Shown: positions 20,345 through 29,542 of the stretch, piece after piece | How positions within the stretch are numbered: the stretch's first letter is position 1 | Layout of the letters: each line of letters opens with the position of its first letter | Assembly (NCBI GenBank): GCA_963747235.1 | Contig: CAVVEU010000008.1 | Span: forward strand, 224,001 to 288,000 | Length of the DNA stretch: 64,000 nucleotides | Reading direction: 5' to 3' | Source: an uncultured Candidatus Rokubacteria bacterium | GTDB lineage: Bacteria; Methylomirabilota; Methylomirabilia; Rokubacteriales; CSP1-6 | The notes under the pieces: generated by a model | Told to the model about the DNA's origin: nothing | Database searches by the model: none | What the model saw: the letters and a program-made list of their open reading frames with translations, nothing else | Made by a program: the position numbers and the translations under genes

Positions 20345-21037
20345 ATGCCGCGCATCCTGATCGTGGACGACGAGCCCGAGATGCTGCGCGGGCTGGAGGA
20401 CAATCTCCAGTTCGAGGGCTACCAGACCGTCACCGCCGGCGACGGCAAGAAGGGCCTGGCCCTGGCGCTGTCGGAGGCGCCCGACCTGATCCTGCTCGAC
20501 GTCATGATGCCGGGCATGAGCGGCTGGGATCTCTGCCGCGAGCTGCGGCAGCGGGGCCTCGACGTGCCGGTGATCATGCTGACCGCGCGAGGCGAGGAGG
20601 TGGACCGCGTGCTGGGCCTCGAGCTGGGCGCGGACGACTACGTCACCAAGCCCTTCAGCCTGCGCGAGCTGATGGCGCGCATCCGCGCGGTGCTCCGCCG
20701 GCCGGGCCCGCGCCAGAAGTTCGAGGAGTTCGCGTTCGGCTCCGTGCGCGTGCACCTGCGGGCGCGGCAGGCCTTCAAGGCGGGTCAGGAGATCCGCCTC
20801 ACCCGCAAGGAGTTCGACCTGCTCCGCTACCTGGTGGAGCACCCGGGCGAGGTGATCACGCGCGACCGGCTGCTGGACGAGGTGTGGGGCTACGAGCGGT
20901 TCCCGACCACGCGGACGGTGGACACGCATATCCTGAGGCTGCGGCAGAAATTCGAGGACGACCCGGAGCGGCCGGCGCACATCCTGACCGCGCACGGCCA
21001 GGGCTACCGGTTCGTCGCCGAGAGGAGCGCGACATGA
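20345..21037 (+). CDS. OmpR family response regulator
   Basis: REC domain plus winged helix (TRTVDTHILRLRQK). Confidence 0.93.
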   Translation: MPRILIVDDEPEMLRGLEDNLQFEGYQTVTAGDGKKGLALALSEAPDLILLDVMMPGMSGWDLCRELRQRGLDVPVIMLTARGEEVDRVLGLELGADDYVTKPFSLRELMARIRAVLRRPGPRQKFEEFAFGSVRVHLRARQAFKAGQEIRLTRKEFDLLRYLVEHPGEVITRDRLLDEVWGYERFPTTRTVDTHILRLRQKFEDDPERPAHILTAHGQGYRFVAERSAT

Positions 21038-21675
21038 GCGACACCGCCGACGAGCTGGCCCGGCGCACCCCGCCCGGCCAGGTGCTCACGAAGAAGTGGC
21101 CCGTGCTCACCTACGGCCTCACCCCGCGCTTCGATCCGCGGAAGTGGTCGTTCCGGTGCTTCGGACTCGTCGAGCAGGAGGTGAGCTTCACGTGGGAGGA
21201 GTTCCTCGCCCTGCCGCGTACCGAGGTGACCTGCGACATCCACTGCGTCACCCACTGGTCGCGCCTGGACAATCGCTTCGAGGGCGTGTCCATCCGGGAG
21301 ATCATGCGGCGCGTGCGGCTCAAGCCGGAGGCGCGCTACGTCCTCATCCACGCCGATCCGGACTACACCACCAACCTGCCGCTCGAGGATCTGCTGGGCG
21401 ACGACGTGGTCCTGGCGCTCAGGCACGACGGCCAGGATCTCACGCCGGATCACGGCGGCCCGCTGCGGCTGGTGGTGCCCAAGCTCTACTTCTGGAAGAG
21501 CGCCAAGTGGCTCCGCGGCTTCGAGTTCCTCGACGTCAACCCGCCCGGCTTCTGGGAGATCAACGGTTACCACATGCACGCCGACCCCTGGACCGAGGAG
21601 CGCTACTCCGACCAGGAGACCAACGCGATGCAGAAGATGCGGGCCGAGGCCGCCCGCAAGCTCCGGGCGAAGTAG
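21034..21675 (+). CDS. Sulfite-oxidase-like molybdopterin oxidoreductase (YuiH/MsrP-like, no Tat signal)
   Basis: PPGQ, DIHCVTHWS, HGGPLRL, WKSAKW, PGFWE.NGYH. Confidence 0.9.
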   Translation: MSDTADELARRTPPGQVLTKKWPVLTYGLTPRFDPRKWSFRCFGLVEQEVSFTWEEFLALPRTEVTCDIHCVTHWSRLDNRFEGVSIREIMRRVRLKPEARYVLIHADPDYTTNLPLEDLLGDDVVLALRHDGQDLTPDHGGPLRLVVPKLYFWKSAKWLRGFEFLDVNPPGFWEINGYHMHADPWTEERYSDQETNAMQKMRAEAARKLRAK

Positions 21676-21677
21676 CG

Positions 21678-22505
21678 CTACGCGCCGAGGAAGGCGCGCA
21701 CGTGCCCGACGAAGTCGTCCGGCCGGTCGGCGGGCACGGTGTGCCCCGCGCCGGGAATCTCGACCAGGCGCCCGTCGGGCAAGCGCTCGGTCATCTTCTT
21801 CGCCACCTCGGGCGAGAGGATGTCGCTCTCCGCGCCGCGCACGACCAGCGTCGGGCACGGGATGCGCGCCAGCGGCTCCCACAGGTCCACCGCGTCGCGC
21901 CGGCCCGCGCGCATCATGTCGCGCAGCCCCTTGGCGTACTTCCAGGTGAGCTCGCCGTCCGGCAGCTGCTTGAGACCGTGGTGGACGCGCTGGCGCAGCA
22001 TGTCCACGTCCTGGAGCGGGTTGGCGCGTCGGATGTACTCGACCGCCCACTCCTCGCTTTCGATCCGCTCGGGCGATTTCGACATCATGTCGCGCACCCG
22101 CTGAAGGCCCGCGAGCTCGATATCGGGGCCGATGTCCACGATGATCAGCCGCTCCAGGCGACCCGCGTGGGCCGCCGCGTACTGGATCGCGATGCGCCCG
22201 CCCATGGAGTGCCCGAGGAGGGCGAAGCGGTCGAGCTTGAGGCTCCCCGCGAACGCGGCCACGTCGTCGGCCATGGTGGCCACGCGGTAGTCGTCGTCGG
22301 GCGCGGGATCGCTGTCGCCGTGGCCCCGCTGATCGAGCGCGAGCACGCGCCGGCCCGGCACGAGGCGCTCGGCCAGGTGGTCCCAGACGCGCCCGTGGCC
22401 GGTGATGCCGTGGAGCAGGACGACGGGCGGGGCGCCGGCGGGCCCCCAGTCGAGATAGTGCAGCGTGATGCCGTTGACACGGACGGTGCGGTCGGCGAAG
22501 GACAT
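21678..22505 (-). CDS. Alpha/beta hydrolase
   Basis: LLHG, DQRGHGDS, GHSMGG, GAGH. Confidence 0.9.
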   Translation of the reverse strand: MSFADRTVRVNGITLHYLDWGPAGAPPVVLLHGITGHGRVWDHLAERLVPGRRVLALDQRGHGDSDPAPDDDYRVATMADDVAAFAGSLKLDRFALLGHSMGGRIAIQYAAAHAGRLERLIIVDIGPDIELAGLQRVRDMMSKSPERIESEEWAVEYIRRANPLQDVDMLRQRVHHGLKQLPDGELTWKYAKGLRDMMRAGRRDAVDLWEPLARIPCPTLVVRGAESDILSPEVAKKMTERLPDGRLVEIPGAGHTVPADRPDDFVGHVRAFLGA

Positions 22506-22543
22506 GATCGAGGCAGTCTAGTCCCTGCGCCGCCTTCGGTCAA

Positions 22544-23056
22544 TCAGGTGACTGTCTGACGCGCCGCTGGCATCGAGACGAAGGCTGTCATGATCAGATG
22601 GACGATCGTGGCGAGGACCGCGACCCACATCTTGGACATGCCCGCGGACAGGTCGCGCGGATAGGCCACTGTACCCTGGAGCCGATGAGCCGGATCAGCT
22701 CCATGGCGATCGCCGCGCGCTCTGCGCGCGCATTCTTGGCCGCAGCCCGAACTCGAGGTTGTCTGCACCGTCATCCACGGAAAGATCGCGTCCTCCTGGA
22801 AGACGTACCGCGGTCGGCGCGGGCGCGCGCACGGGGCACATTGCACAGGACGTGCCGGGTCGGTCGCGAGGAACCCAGCGACGATGCGCAGGAAGGTGGT
22901 CTTGCCGCATCCGACGGGCCCGACGATGGCGAGAAACTCGTTGTCGTGCACGTCCAGCGTGAGCCCTTCGAGCGCGAGCGTCCGTGTGCCGCCCGGGTAG
23001 CGGTAGGACACATCCTCCACGTGGAGCCGGACCTTCCGGGGCTGGTTCTTATTCAT
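22544..23056 (-). pseudogene. NitT/TauT-type ABC ATPase, degraded
   Basis: GPVGCGKTT, YVFQEDAIFPW, YPRDLSAGM; many deletions, C-terminal half missing. Confidence 0.65.
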
Positions 23057-23864
23057 GCCTCCTCCTCACCCAGCGGGTCGCCCACGGTAGGCCACCAGCG
23101 TGAGCCCGTCGGAGATCAGCACGAGCAGCGCGATCGCGGCGAGGGCGATCATGATGGTCGGCACTCGCGGGTAGGCGCCGGCCAGGGCCAGGAGGTAGCC
23201 CAGGCTGGGCATGGTGGGCTTGATCAGTTCGGCCACCACCACCGTGACCCATGCCAGCGCGATGGCGATGCGCAGGCTCGCCAGGATCTGCGGCAGCGCG
23301 GCGGGCAGGATGACGCGACGGACCAGGAGACGCCGCGGCGCCGCAAGGGACGCAGCCGAGTCCCAGTACACGCGCGGGATTCCGCGCACGCCCTGATAGG
23401 CGCCCTGCAGCGTGACGACCGCGACGCCGTGGCGATCAGCCCGATCTTGGATACTTCGCCCAGGCCGAACCACAGCACGTAGAGCGGAAGCAGGGCCAGG
23501 GCGGGGGTGAATCGGACCAGCACGACCCAGGGCTCGAGCACGTACTCGAGCCCGGCTGCCCACCCCATCGCCAGGCCCAGGGCGATCCCGACGGTTGATC
23601 CCAGCAGCAGACCGATCAGGACCCGAGACGTGCTGACGGCCACCCCGCCTGGAGAATGCCCGCCTGCACCAGGAACGTCGCCTCCTCCGCGAGCGACGAG
23701 TAGGTGGGCAGGAGTTCCACGCCCTCGATCTCGTGCGGGGCTATGAACACCGTGGTCGGGAGGCGGCCGTTGCCGATCTGCGCGGCCAGGCCGTAGAGCG
23801 CGGCCAGGCCGAGGAGCCCGACGAGCCCGCGCCTCAAGCGAGCGGGGCGCCGCTCCGCTACCAT
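23049..23864 (-). pseudogene. NitT/TauT-type ABC permease, frameshifted
   Basis: RFTPALALLPLYVLWFGLGE; VILPAALPQI; several frame changes. Confidence 0.7.
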
Positions 23865-24610
23865 GCTCGCCGCCTGCTGGCCCAGAAGGTCACCCGGTCG
23901 GTCACGATCCGGGCCGCCGCGTCCATCATGTATCCAGCCGCGGCCAGCGCGAGGATGGCGACGATGACCACGGCCGGATCCACCCCGACCTGGAGGCGAG
24001 AGGCCCAGAGACCGCCTCCGACGAGCAGGTGGCCGATGCCGGTCTCCGCCATCAGCATCTCGACGCCGACCGTGGTCATCCACGCGATGATGAGGGAATA
24101 GCGCAGGGCGGAGAGCACGCCGGGGCTCGCGGCCGGCAGAACCACCCGGGCGAACAGGAGCCACCCGCCGGCGCCGAGCGAGCGCGCCGCGCGCACGTAC
24201 ACCTCGGCGAGGTCACGGACGCCGTGGTAGGTCGGGATCACCACGGTCGTGAAGACCGCGTAGACGATGGGGATGAGCCGGTGGGCTTCGCCGTGCCCGA
24301 ACCACAGCATGACGTAGGTGATCATCGCGATCGGAGGGATCGAGCGCAGGACGACGTAGATCGGGTGGAGGTAGTCATCCGTCTTCCGGCTCCAGCCCAT
24401 GACGATGCCCGCCACGATGCCGAGCGGCCCCCCGACGGCCACGCCGAACAGAACCCTCAGGACGCTCACGAGCAGCGAGCCCTGCAACGTGACGTGCTGC
24501 CCCACGAGATGGCTGACGTGATCGCTCGGGTGCGCGTGGTGGCCTTGCATCGTCGGCAACTCGCCGGTCACGAGACTCACGAGGGCCGCGAGGATCGTCT
24601 TCGCGCGGCT
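23858..24610 (-). CDS. NitT/TauT-type ABC permease, apparently 5'-truncated
   Basis: LRSIPPIA, ARSLGA, VVLPAASP; no convincing start before an upstream TAG. Confidence 0.75.
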   Translation of the reverse strand, partial: SRAKTILAALVSLVTGELPTMQGHHAHPSDHVSHLVGQHVTLQGSLLVSVLRVLFGVAVGGPLGIVAGIVMGWSRKTDDYLHPIYVVLRSIPPIAMITYVMLWFGHGEAHRLIPIVYAVFTTVVIPTYHGVRDLAEVYVRAARSLGAGGWLLFARVVLPAASPGVLSALRYSLIIAWMTTVGVEMLMAETGIGHLLVGGGLWASRLQVGVDPAVVIVAILALAAAGYMMDAAARIVTDRVTFWASRRRAW

Positions 24611-24659
24611 TGCCTACGTGGGAGCGCTGACGGTAGAGTGGGCTGCCCCTCACGGCGAG

Positions 24660-24696
24660 CCCCTCACCCTGCCCTCTCCCCGTAGGGGAGAGGGGG
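24660..24696. repeat. BoxC-like unit
   Basis: CCCCTCACCCTGCCCTCTCCCC-GTA-GGGGAGAGGG. Confidence 0.75.
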
Positions 24697-24713
24697 AGAA
24701 GAGAGATCACGCA

Positions 24714-26258
24714 ATGGCGACGTACGCGATTACCGATGTGGCGATCGTGCTGAAGCCCGAGGACGACGTGGCCATCGCCAAGAAGGAGATCCCGGCGGGC
24801 ACCGTGCTCGAGGACGCGGGCGGCCGCATCGAGGTGCGGCAGGACATCAAGCCCGGCCACAAGGTCGCGCGCCACGCCCGGCGGATCGGCGAGGCGGTGC
24901 GTCGCTACGGCCAGCCCATCGGGTTCGCCACCGCGGATATCGCGGTCGGCGATCACGTGCACACCCAGAACGTCGCGGTGGGCGACCGGCACCAGGAGTA
25001 CGAGGTCGGCACCGACGTGCAGCCGGTCGCGTTCTACCCGCCCGAGCAGATGCGCTACTTCGACGGCTATCTCCGGGAAGACGGTCGGGTCGGCACGCGC
25101 AACTACGTGGCGGTGATCTCGGGGGTCAACTGCTCGGCGAGCGTGAGCCAGTTCGTGAAGGACCGGTTCCGCGACGTGCAGAAGGACTACCCGAACATCG
25201 ACGGGGTGCTGGCCATCACCCACAAGTCCGGGTGCGGCACCAAGCTCTTCGGCGAGGACCACATGGCGCTGCAGCGGGTGCTGGCCGGCTACGCCAAGCA
25301 CCCGAACATCGCGGCCTACATCCTGATCGGGCTCGGCTGCGAGGTGAACCAGGCCGCGGTCATGGTGGACCGGCAGCGCATGGCCGCGCCCGGGCATCCG
25401 GAGCGCAAGCCCTTCGTGGTCAACATCCAGGAGGCGGGCGGGATCCGGAAGACGGTGGAGACCGCGGTCCGCGAGGTGGCCAAGCTGCTGCCGCTCGCCA
25501 ACGCGATGCAGCGCACGAAGCAGCCGGTCTCGGAGCTCACGCTCGCCACCAACTGCGGCGGCTCCGACGGCGCCTCCGGCATCACCGCGAACCCCGCGCT
25601 CGGCTGGGCGGTGGACGAGCTGGTGCGCTACGGCGGCACCGGCGTGCTCGCGGAGACGCCGGAGATCTACGGGGCCGAGCACCTGCTGATCCGGCGCGCG
25701 ATCAACGAGGGCGTGGCCAAGAAGCTGATCGACCGCTACAAGTGGTGGGAGTGGTACTGCCGCGGCATCGAGGCGATGGACAACAACCCCGCCCCCGGCA
25801 ACAAGGCGGGCGGCATCACCACCGTCTACGAGAAGTCGCTGGGCGGCGTCACCAAGGGCGGCACCACCCCGATGATGGACGTCTTCCAGTACGGCGAGCC
25901 CATCACCACCCGCGGCTTCGTGTTCATGGACACGCCGGGGCACGATCCGGTGTCCATCACCGGGCTCGTGGCGGGCGGCTGCAACATGATCTGCTTCACC
26001 ACCGGCCGCGGCTCGGTGTTCGGCTGCAAGCCGGTGCCCTCCATCAAGCTGGCGACGAACAGCCTCATGTACCGGCACATGTCGGAGGACATGGACATCA
26101 ACTGCGGCGTGATCATGGAGGGCACGCCGCTGCCCGAGGTGGGCCGGCAGATCTTCGAGGAGATCGTGGCGGTGGCGTCGGGCAAGCGCAGCAAGAGCGA
26201 GCTGTCGGGGGTCGGCGAAGAGGAATTTGCGCCGTGGATCATCGGGCCGGTCATGTAG
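24714..26258 (+). CDS. UxaA/GarD family altronate/galactarate dehydratase
   Basis: SAF domain GHKVA, GTRN, GLGCE, CGGSD, FTTGRG. Confidence 0.92.
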   Translation: MATYAITDVAIVLKPEDDVAIAKKEIPAGTVLEDAGGRIEVRQDIKPGHKVARHARRIGEAVRRYGQPIGFATADIAVGDHVHTQNVAVGDRHQEYEVGTDVQPVAFYPPEQMRYFDGYLREDGRVGTRNYVAVISGVNCSASVSQFVKDRFRDVQKDYPNIDGVLAITHKSGCGTKLFGEDHMALQRVLAGYAKHPNIAAYILIGLGCEVNQAAVMVDRQRMAAPGHPERKPFVVNIQEAGGIRKTVETAVREVAKLLPLANAMQRTKQPVSELTLATNCGGSDGASGITANPALGWAVDELVRYGGTGVLAETPEIYGAEHLLIRRAINEGVAKKLIDRYKWWEWYCRGIEAMDNNPAPGNKAGGITTVYEKSLGGVTKGGTTPMMDVFQYGEPITTRGFVFMDTPGHDPVSITGLVAGGCNMICFTTGRGSVFGCKPVPSIKLATNSLMYRHMSEDMDINCGVIMEGTPLPEVGRQIFEEIVAVASGKRSKSELSGVGEEEFAPWIIGPVM

Positions 26259-26340
26259 CTACATGCGGTAGGCGGTCACAGCGAGACTTCGTGCCAGACC
26301 CGGGCATGAGCGAGCCGCCGCCGAGCGTTTGCGCGCGGAG

Positions 26341-26901
26341 CTAGCCGCGGACCGGCTCGGCCGCGCGGGTCTCCGGCCGGGCGGCCGGGCCGCTCGGTGC
26401 GCCGTCCTCGACCTGGCCGCCCTTGAAGAACGCGGCCAGGAAGCCGTCGGCGGACACGGGACGCCGCGGGCGATCGGTGAAGCGGTCGGCGCGGAACCCG
26501 GCGCGGGCCCGCACGATGAAGCTGTAGAAGTGGACGAGGCCGCTCGAGGCGAACTTGCCGTTGAAGACGATGTCGAGCGGCAGGTGCAGCAGCATGCCGA
26601 AGACCCATCCCCAGAGCCAGTCCACGTTGGTGTACCACGCGACCGCGGCCAGCAGGACCAGCAGCTCGTAGGAGTGCAAGACGAGGACGACCCGCTGCGC
26701 CTTGCCATTCAGATAGTAGCGGAGGAAGCTGCCGGGGCGGAGGTCGCGCTGGCGCTCGAAGAGCACGTAGTCGACCACGTGGTCCACGTCGATCAGGAAG
26801 CCGCCGGCGGCGAGGCCCGCGATGAGCGGCAGGCTCTCGGTGCCCGCGTAGACGGCCGCGCAGGCGACCGCGGTGGTGACGAGATGGCCTCCGGGGCTGA
26901 T
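26341..26901 (-). CDS. Membrane-bound metal-dependent hydrolase (YdjM-like), probable ATC start
   Basis: SPGGH, IDVDH, LHSYE, LHLPLD; GGAG sits 6 nt before ATC at 26901. Confidence 0.7.
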   Translation of the reverse strand: MSPGGHLVTTAVACAAVYAGTESLPLIAGLAAGGFLIDVDHVVDYVLFERQRDLRPGSFLRYYLNGKAQRVVLVLHSYELLVLLAAVAWYTNVDWLWGWVFGMLLHLPLDIVFNGKFASSGLVHFYSFIVRARAGFRADRFTDRPRRPVSADGFLAAFFKGGQVEDGAPSGPAARPETRAAEPVRG

Positions 26902-26910
26902 GGCGAGCTC

Positions 26911-27036
26911 CTAACGCAGGTACGGGTTGCGGTAACGGCGAACGCGAACGGGGACCGGCTGACGCGCGGGGGCCAGCCATCCGAGCGGGACGCTGTCGAT
27001 CAGCTCCAGGAGGCGGCGCCCGAGTCGCTTCAACAT
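26911..27036 (-). CDS. Unannotated 41-aa basic small protein MLKRLGRRLLELIDSVPLGWLAPARQPVPVRVRRYRNPYLR
   Basis: ATG directly after a sigma54 promoter; its stop overlaps the RBS of the next gene. Confidence 0.6.
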   Translation of the reverse strand: MLKRLGRRLLELIDSVPLGWLAPARQPVPVRVRRYRNPYLR

Positions 27037-27049
27037 GCCTCCTGGAGGG

Positions 27050-27092
27050 AGCAACTACGGTGCCAGGCCCCGCGTGGCGCAAGTCATTGAAT
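27050..27092 (-). promoter_or_regulatory. sigma54 promoter with upstream IHF-like site
   Basis: Minus strand TGGCACCGTAGTTGCT (27065-27050) and ATTCAATGACTTG (27092-27080). Confidence 0.75.
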
Positions 27093-27168
27093 TATCGTGG
27101 ACCCGCGGGGCCGGGCGTGGAACAGTAGGCCAAAACAGGGAGTCTTGGGGACCAAAATGGGGAGAACG

Positions 27169-29163
27169 ATGGCAGGCAAGACCGCCGTGACCGGCTTCGA
27201 CGAGATCGTCCGATCCGACCCGTCGCTCTGGGAGATCCGGACCACGGGCGCCGGCCCGCAGGGCCAGCTTCCCCTGACCGCGGAGATGCTGCTCGAGAGC
27301 CCGAGCGGCGACATCTTCGGGCTCACCCAGAACGCGGGCATGGGCTGGGATCCGCGCGAGCTCGGCCGCCCGCAATTCCTCATGCTCTGCACCCAGGGCG
27401 GCATCCGCGCCCCCGACGGCAAGCCGATCGCGCTCGGCTACCACACCGGGCACTGGGAGATCGGGCTGCTCATGCAGGCCGCCGCCGAGGAGCTGGCCGC
27501 GCTCGGCGGCCTGCCGTTCGCCGGCTTCTGCTCGGACCCCTGCGATGGGCGCACCCAGGGGACGCCCGGGATGATGGACAGCCTCGCCTACCGCAACGAC
27601 GCGGCGGTGGTGCTGCGGCGGCTGATCCGCTCGCTCCCCACGCGGCGGGGCGTGCTCGGCGTGGCGACCTGCGACAAGGGCCTGCCCGCGATGATGATGG
27701 CCCTGGCCGCGCTGCGCGATCTGCCCTGCGTGCTGGTGCCGGGCGGCGTGACGCTGCCGCCCACCGAGGGCGAGGACGCGGGCACGGTGCAGTCCATCGG
27801 GGCCCGCTTCGCGCACGGCGAGCTCACGCTGGAGCAGGCCGCCGACCTGGGCTGCCGCGCCTGCGGCTCGCCCGGCGGCGGCTGCCAGTTCCTCGGCACC
27901 GCGGCCACGTCCCAGGTCGTCGGCGAAGCGCTCGGCCTCTCGCTGCCGCACACCGCGCTCGCGCCCTCCGGGCAGCCGATCTGGCTCGACATGGCCCGCC
28001 GCTCGGCCCGCGCGCTGACGTCGCTCGCCGCGCGCGGGCTCACCACGCGCGACATCCTCACCGACGCCGCGGTGCGCAACGCCATGATGGTGCACGCGGC
28101 GTTCGGCGGCTCGACGAATCTCCTGCTGCACCTCCCCGCGATCGCGCACGCCGCCGGGCTGCGGCGCCCGGTGGTGCAGGACTGGATCGACGTCAACCGG
28201 CAGGTGCCGCGCCTGGTGGACGTGCTGCCGAACGGCCCCCGCAATCATCCCACCGTGCGCGTCTTCCTGGCCGGCGGCGTGCCCGAGGTCATGCTGCACC
28301 TGCGCCGCCGCGGCCTGCTGGACGAGACCTGCCTGACCGTGACCGGCGAGTCGCTCGGCCGCGCGCTCGACTGGTGGGAGGGCTCCGAGCGGCGCACCGC
28401 GCTGCGCGCGCTCCTGATGCGGCAGGACGGGGTGGACCCGGACGACGTCATCATGGATCCCGATCGGGCCCGCGAGCGGGGGCTCACGAGCACCGTGACC
28501 TTCCCGCGCGGCAACCTGGCCCCGGAGGGCGCGGTGATCAAGAGCACCGCCATCGATCCGTCGGTCGTCGATGCCGACGGGGTCTATCGCAAGACCGGCC
28601 CGGCCCGCGTGTTCACCACCGAGCGCGCCGCGATCGCGGCCATCAAGAGCACGGGGCCCGAGCGCATCAAGCCGGGCGACGTGCTGGTGCTCATCTGCCG
28701 CGGGCCGCTCGGCGCGGGGATGGAGGAGATCTACCAGATCACCTCCGCGCTCAAGCACCTGTCCTGGGGCAAGCAGGTGGCGGTGCTGACCGACGCGCGC
28801 TTCTCCGGCGTCTCCACCGGCGCGTGCATCGGCCACGTCGGGCCCGAGGCGCTCGCGGGCGGGCCCATCGGGCGGCTGCTGGAGGGCGATCTCGTGCAGA
28901 TCGTGGTGGATCGGCTGCGGCTCGAGGGCAGCGTGGACCTGATCGGCGCGGACGGCCGGACGTTCGGCGCGGCGGAGGGGGCGCGGGTCCTCGCGGCGCG
29001 CGGCCCGCGGCCCGATCTGGCGCCCGACCCGGGGCTCCCGGACGACACGCGGCTCTGGGCCGCCCTGCAGCACGCGGGCGGCGGGGCCTGGGGCGGCTGC
29101 GTCTACGACGTGGACGCGATCGTGGCCAGACTGAACCACCCCTCGCCCCGCCCTCTCCCCTGA
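27169..29163 (+). CDS. YjhG/YagF family D-xylonate dehydratase (IlvD/Edd superfamily)
   Basis: [44 protein letters not shown]. Confidence 0.93.
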   Translation: MAGKTAVTGFDEIVRSDPSLWEIRTTGAGPQGQLPLTAEMLLESPSGDIFGLTQNAGMGWDPRELGRPQFLMLCTQGGIRAPDGKPIALGYHTGHWEIGLLMQAAAEELAALGGLPFAGFCSDPCDGRTQGTPGMMDSLAYRNDAAVVLRRLIRSLPTRRGVLGVATCDKGLPAMMMALAALRDLPCVLVPGGVTLPPTEGEDAGTVQSIGARFAHGELTLEQAADLGCRACGSPGGGCQFLGTAATSQVVGEALGLSLPHTALAPSGQPIWLDMARRSARALTSLAARGLTTRDILTDAAVRNAMMVHAAFGGSTNLLLHLPAIAHAAGLRRPVVQDWIDVNRQVPRLVDVLPNGPRNHPTVRVFLAGGVPEVMLHLRRRGLLDETCLTVTGESLGRALDWWEGSERRTALRALLMRQDGVDPDDVIMDPDRARERGLTSTVTFPRGNLAPEGAVIKSTAIDPSVVDADGVYRKTGPARVFTTERAAIAAIKSTGPERIKPGDVLVLICRGPLGAGMEEIYQITSALKHLSWGKQVAVLTDARFSGVSTGACIGHVGPEALAGGPIGRLLEGDLVQIVVDRLRLEGSVDLIGADGRTFGAAEGARVLAARGPRPDLAPDPGLPDDTRLWAALQHAGGGAWGGCVYDVDAIVARLNHPSPRPLP

Positions 29164-29222
29164 GGGGAGAGGAGGTCAGACTCTCCCTCTCCCCTGTCGG
29201 GGGAGAGGGCAGGGTGAGGGGG
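29139..29222. repeat. BoxC-like repeat, two inverted units, overlapping the dehydratase stop
   Basis: CCCCTCGCCCCGCCCTCTCCCC-TGA-GGGGAGAGG ... CCCTCTCCCC..GGGGAGAGGGCAGGGTGAGGGG. Confidence 0.8.
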
Positions 29223-29227
29223 CTCCG

Positions 29228-29530
29228 TTACGACTGGGTCACGGTGACGACGAGGCCGATCGACGCCAGGACATTGCCGACGCGCACGCACTCGGTCTCG
29301 GCGCCGACCTTCACCACCGCCTTGCCGCTATTGTGCACCTGCCACGCGAGCTCCCAGCCCCGCTCCTCCGAGCAGGCGATGGCCTTCATGAGCTGCTTCA
29401 CCACTTCCTCGAAGGTGTGACAGTCGCAGTTGTGCAGCACGGTCATCCAGGGGGGCGCGACCTGGACGTCGGTCGCGTCGAGCTCGTCGACCTGTGGGCT
29501 CTCGGTCGTCTCGGCCTGCAACCGAGGCAT
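29228..29530 (-). CDS. clpS: ATP-dependent Clp protease adaptor ClpS
   Basis: PPW.TVLHN.D.HTFEEV, VHNSGKAVV. Confidence 0.85.
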   Translation of the reverse strand: MPRLQAETTESPQVDELDATDVQVAPPWMTVLHNCDCHTFEEVVKQLMKAIACSEERGWELAWQVHNSGKAVVKVGAETECVRVGNVLASIGLVVTVTQS

Positions 29531-29542
29531 CCTGTCTTTGAT

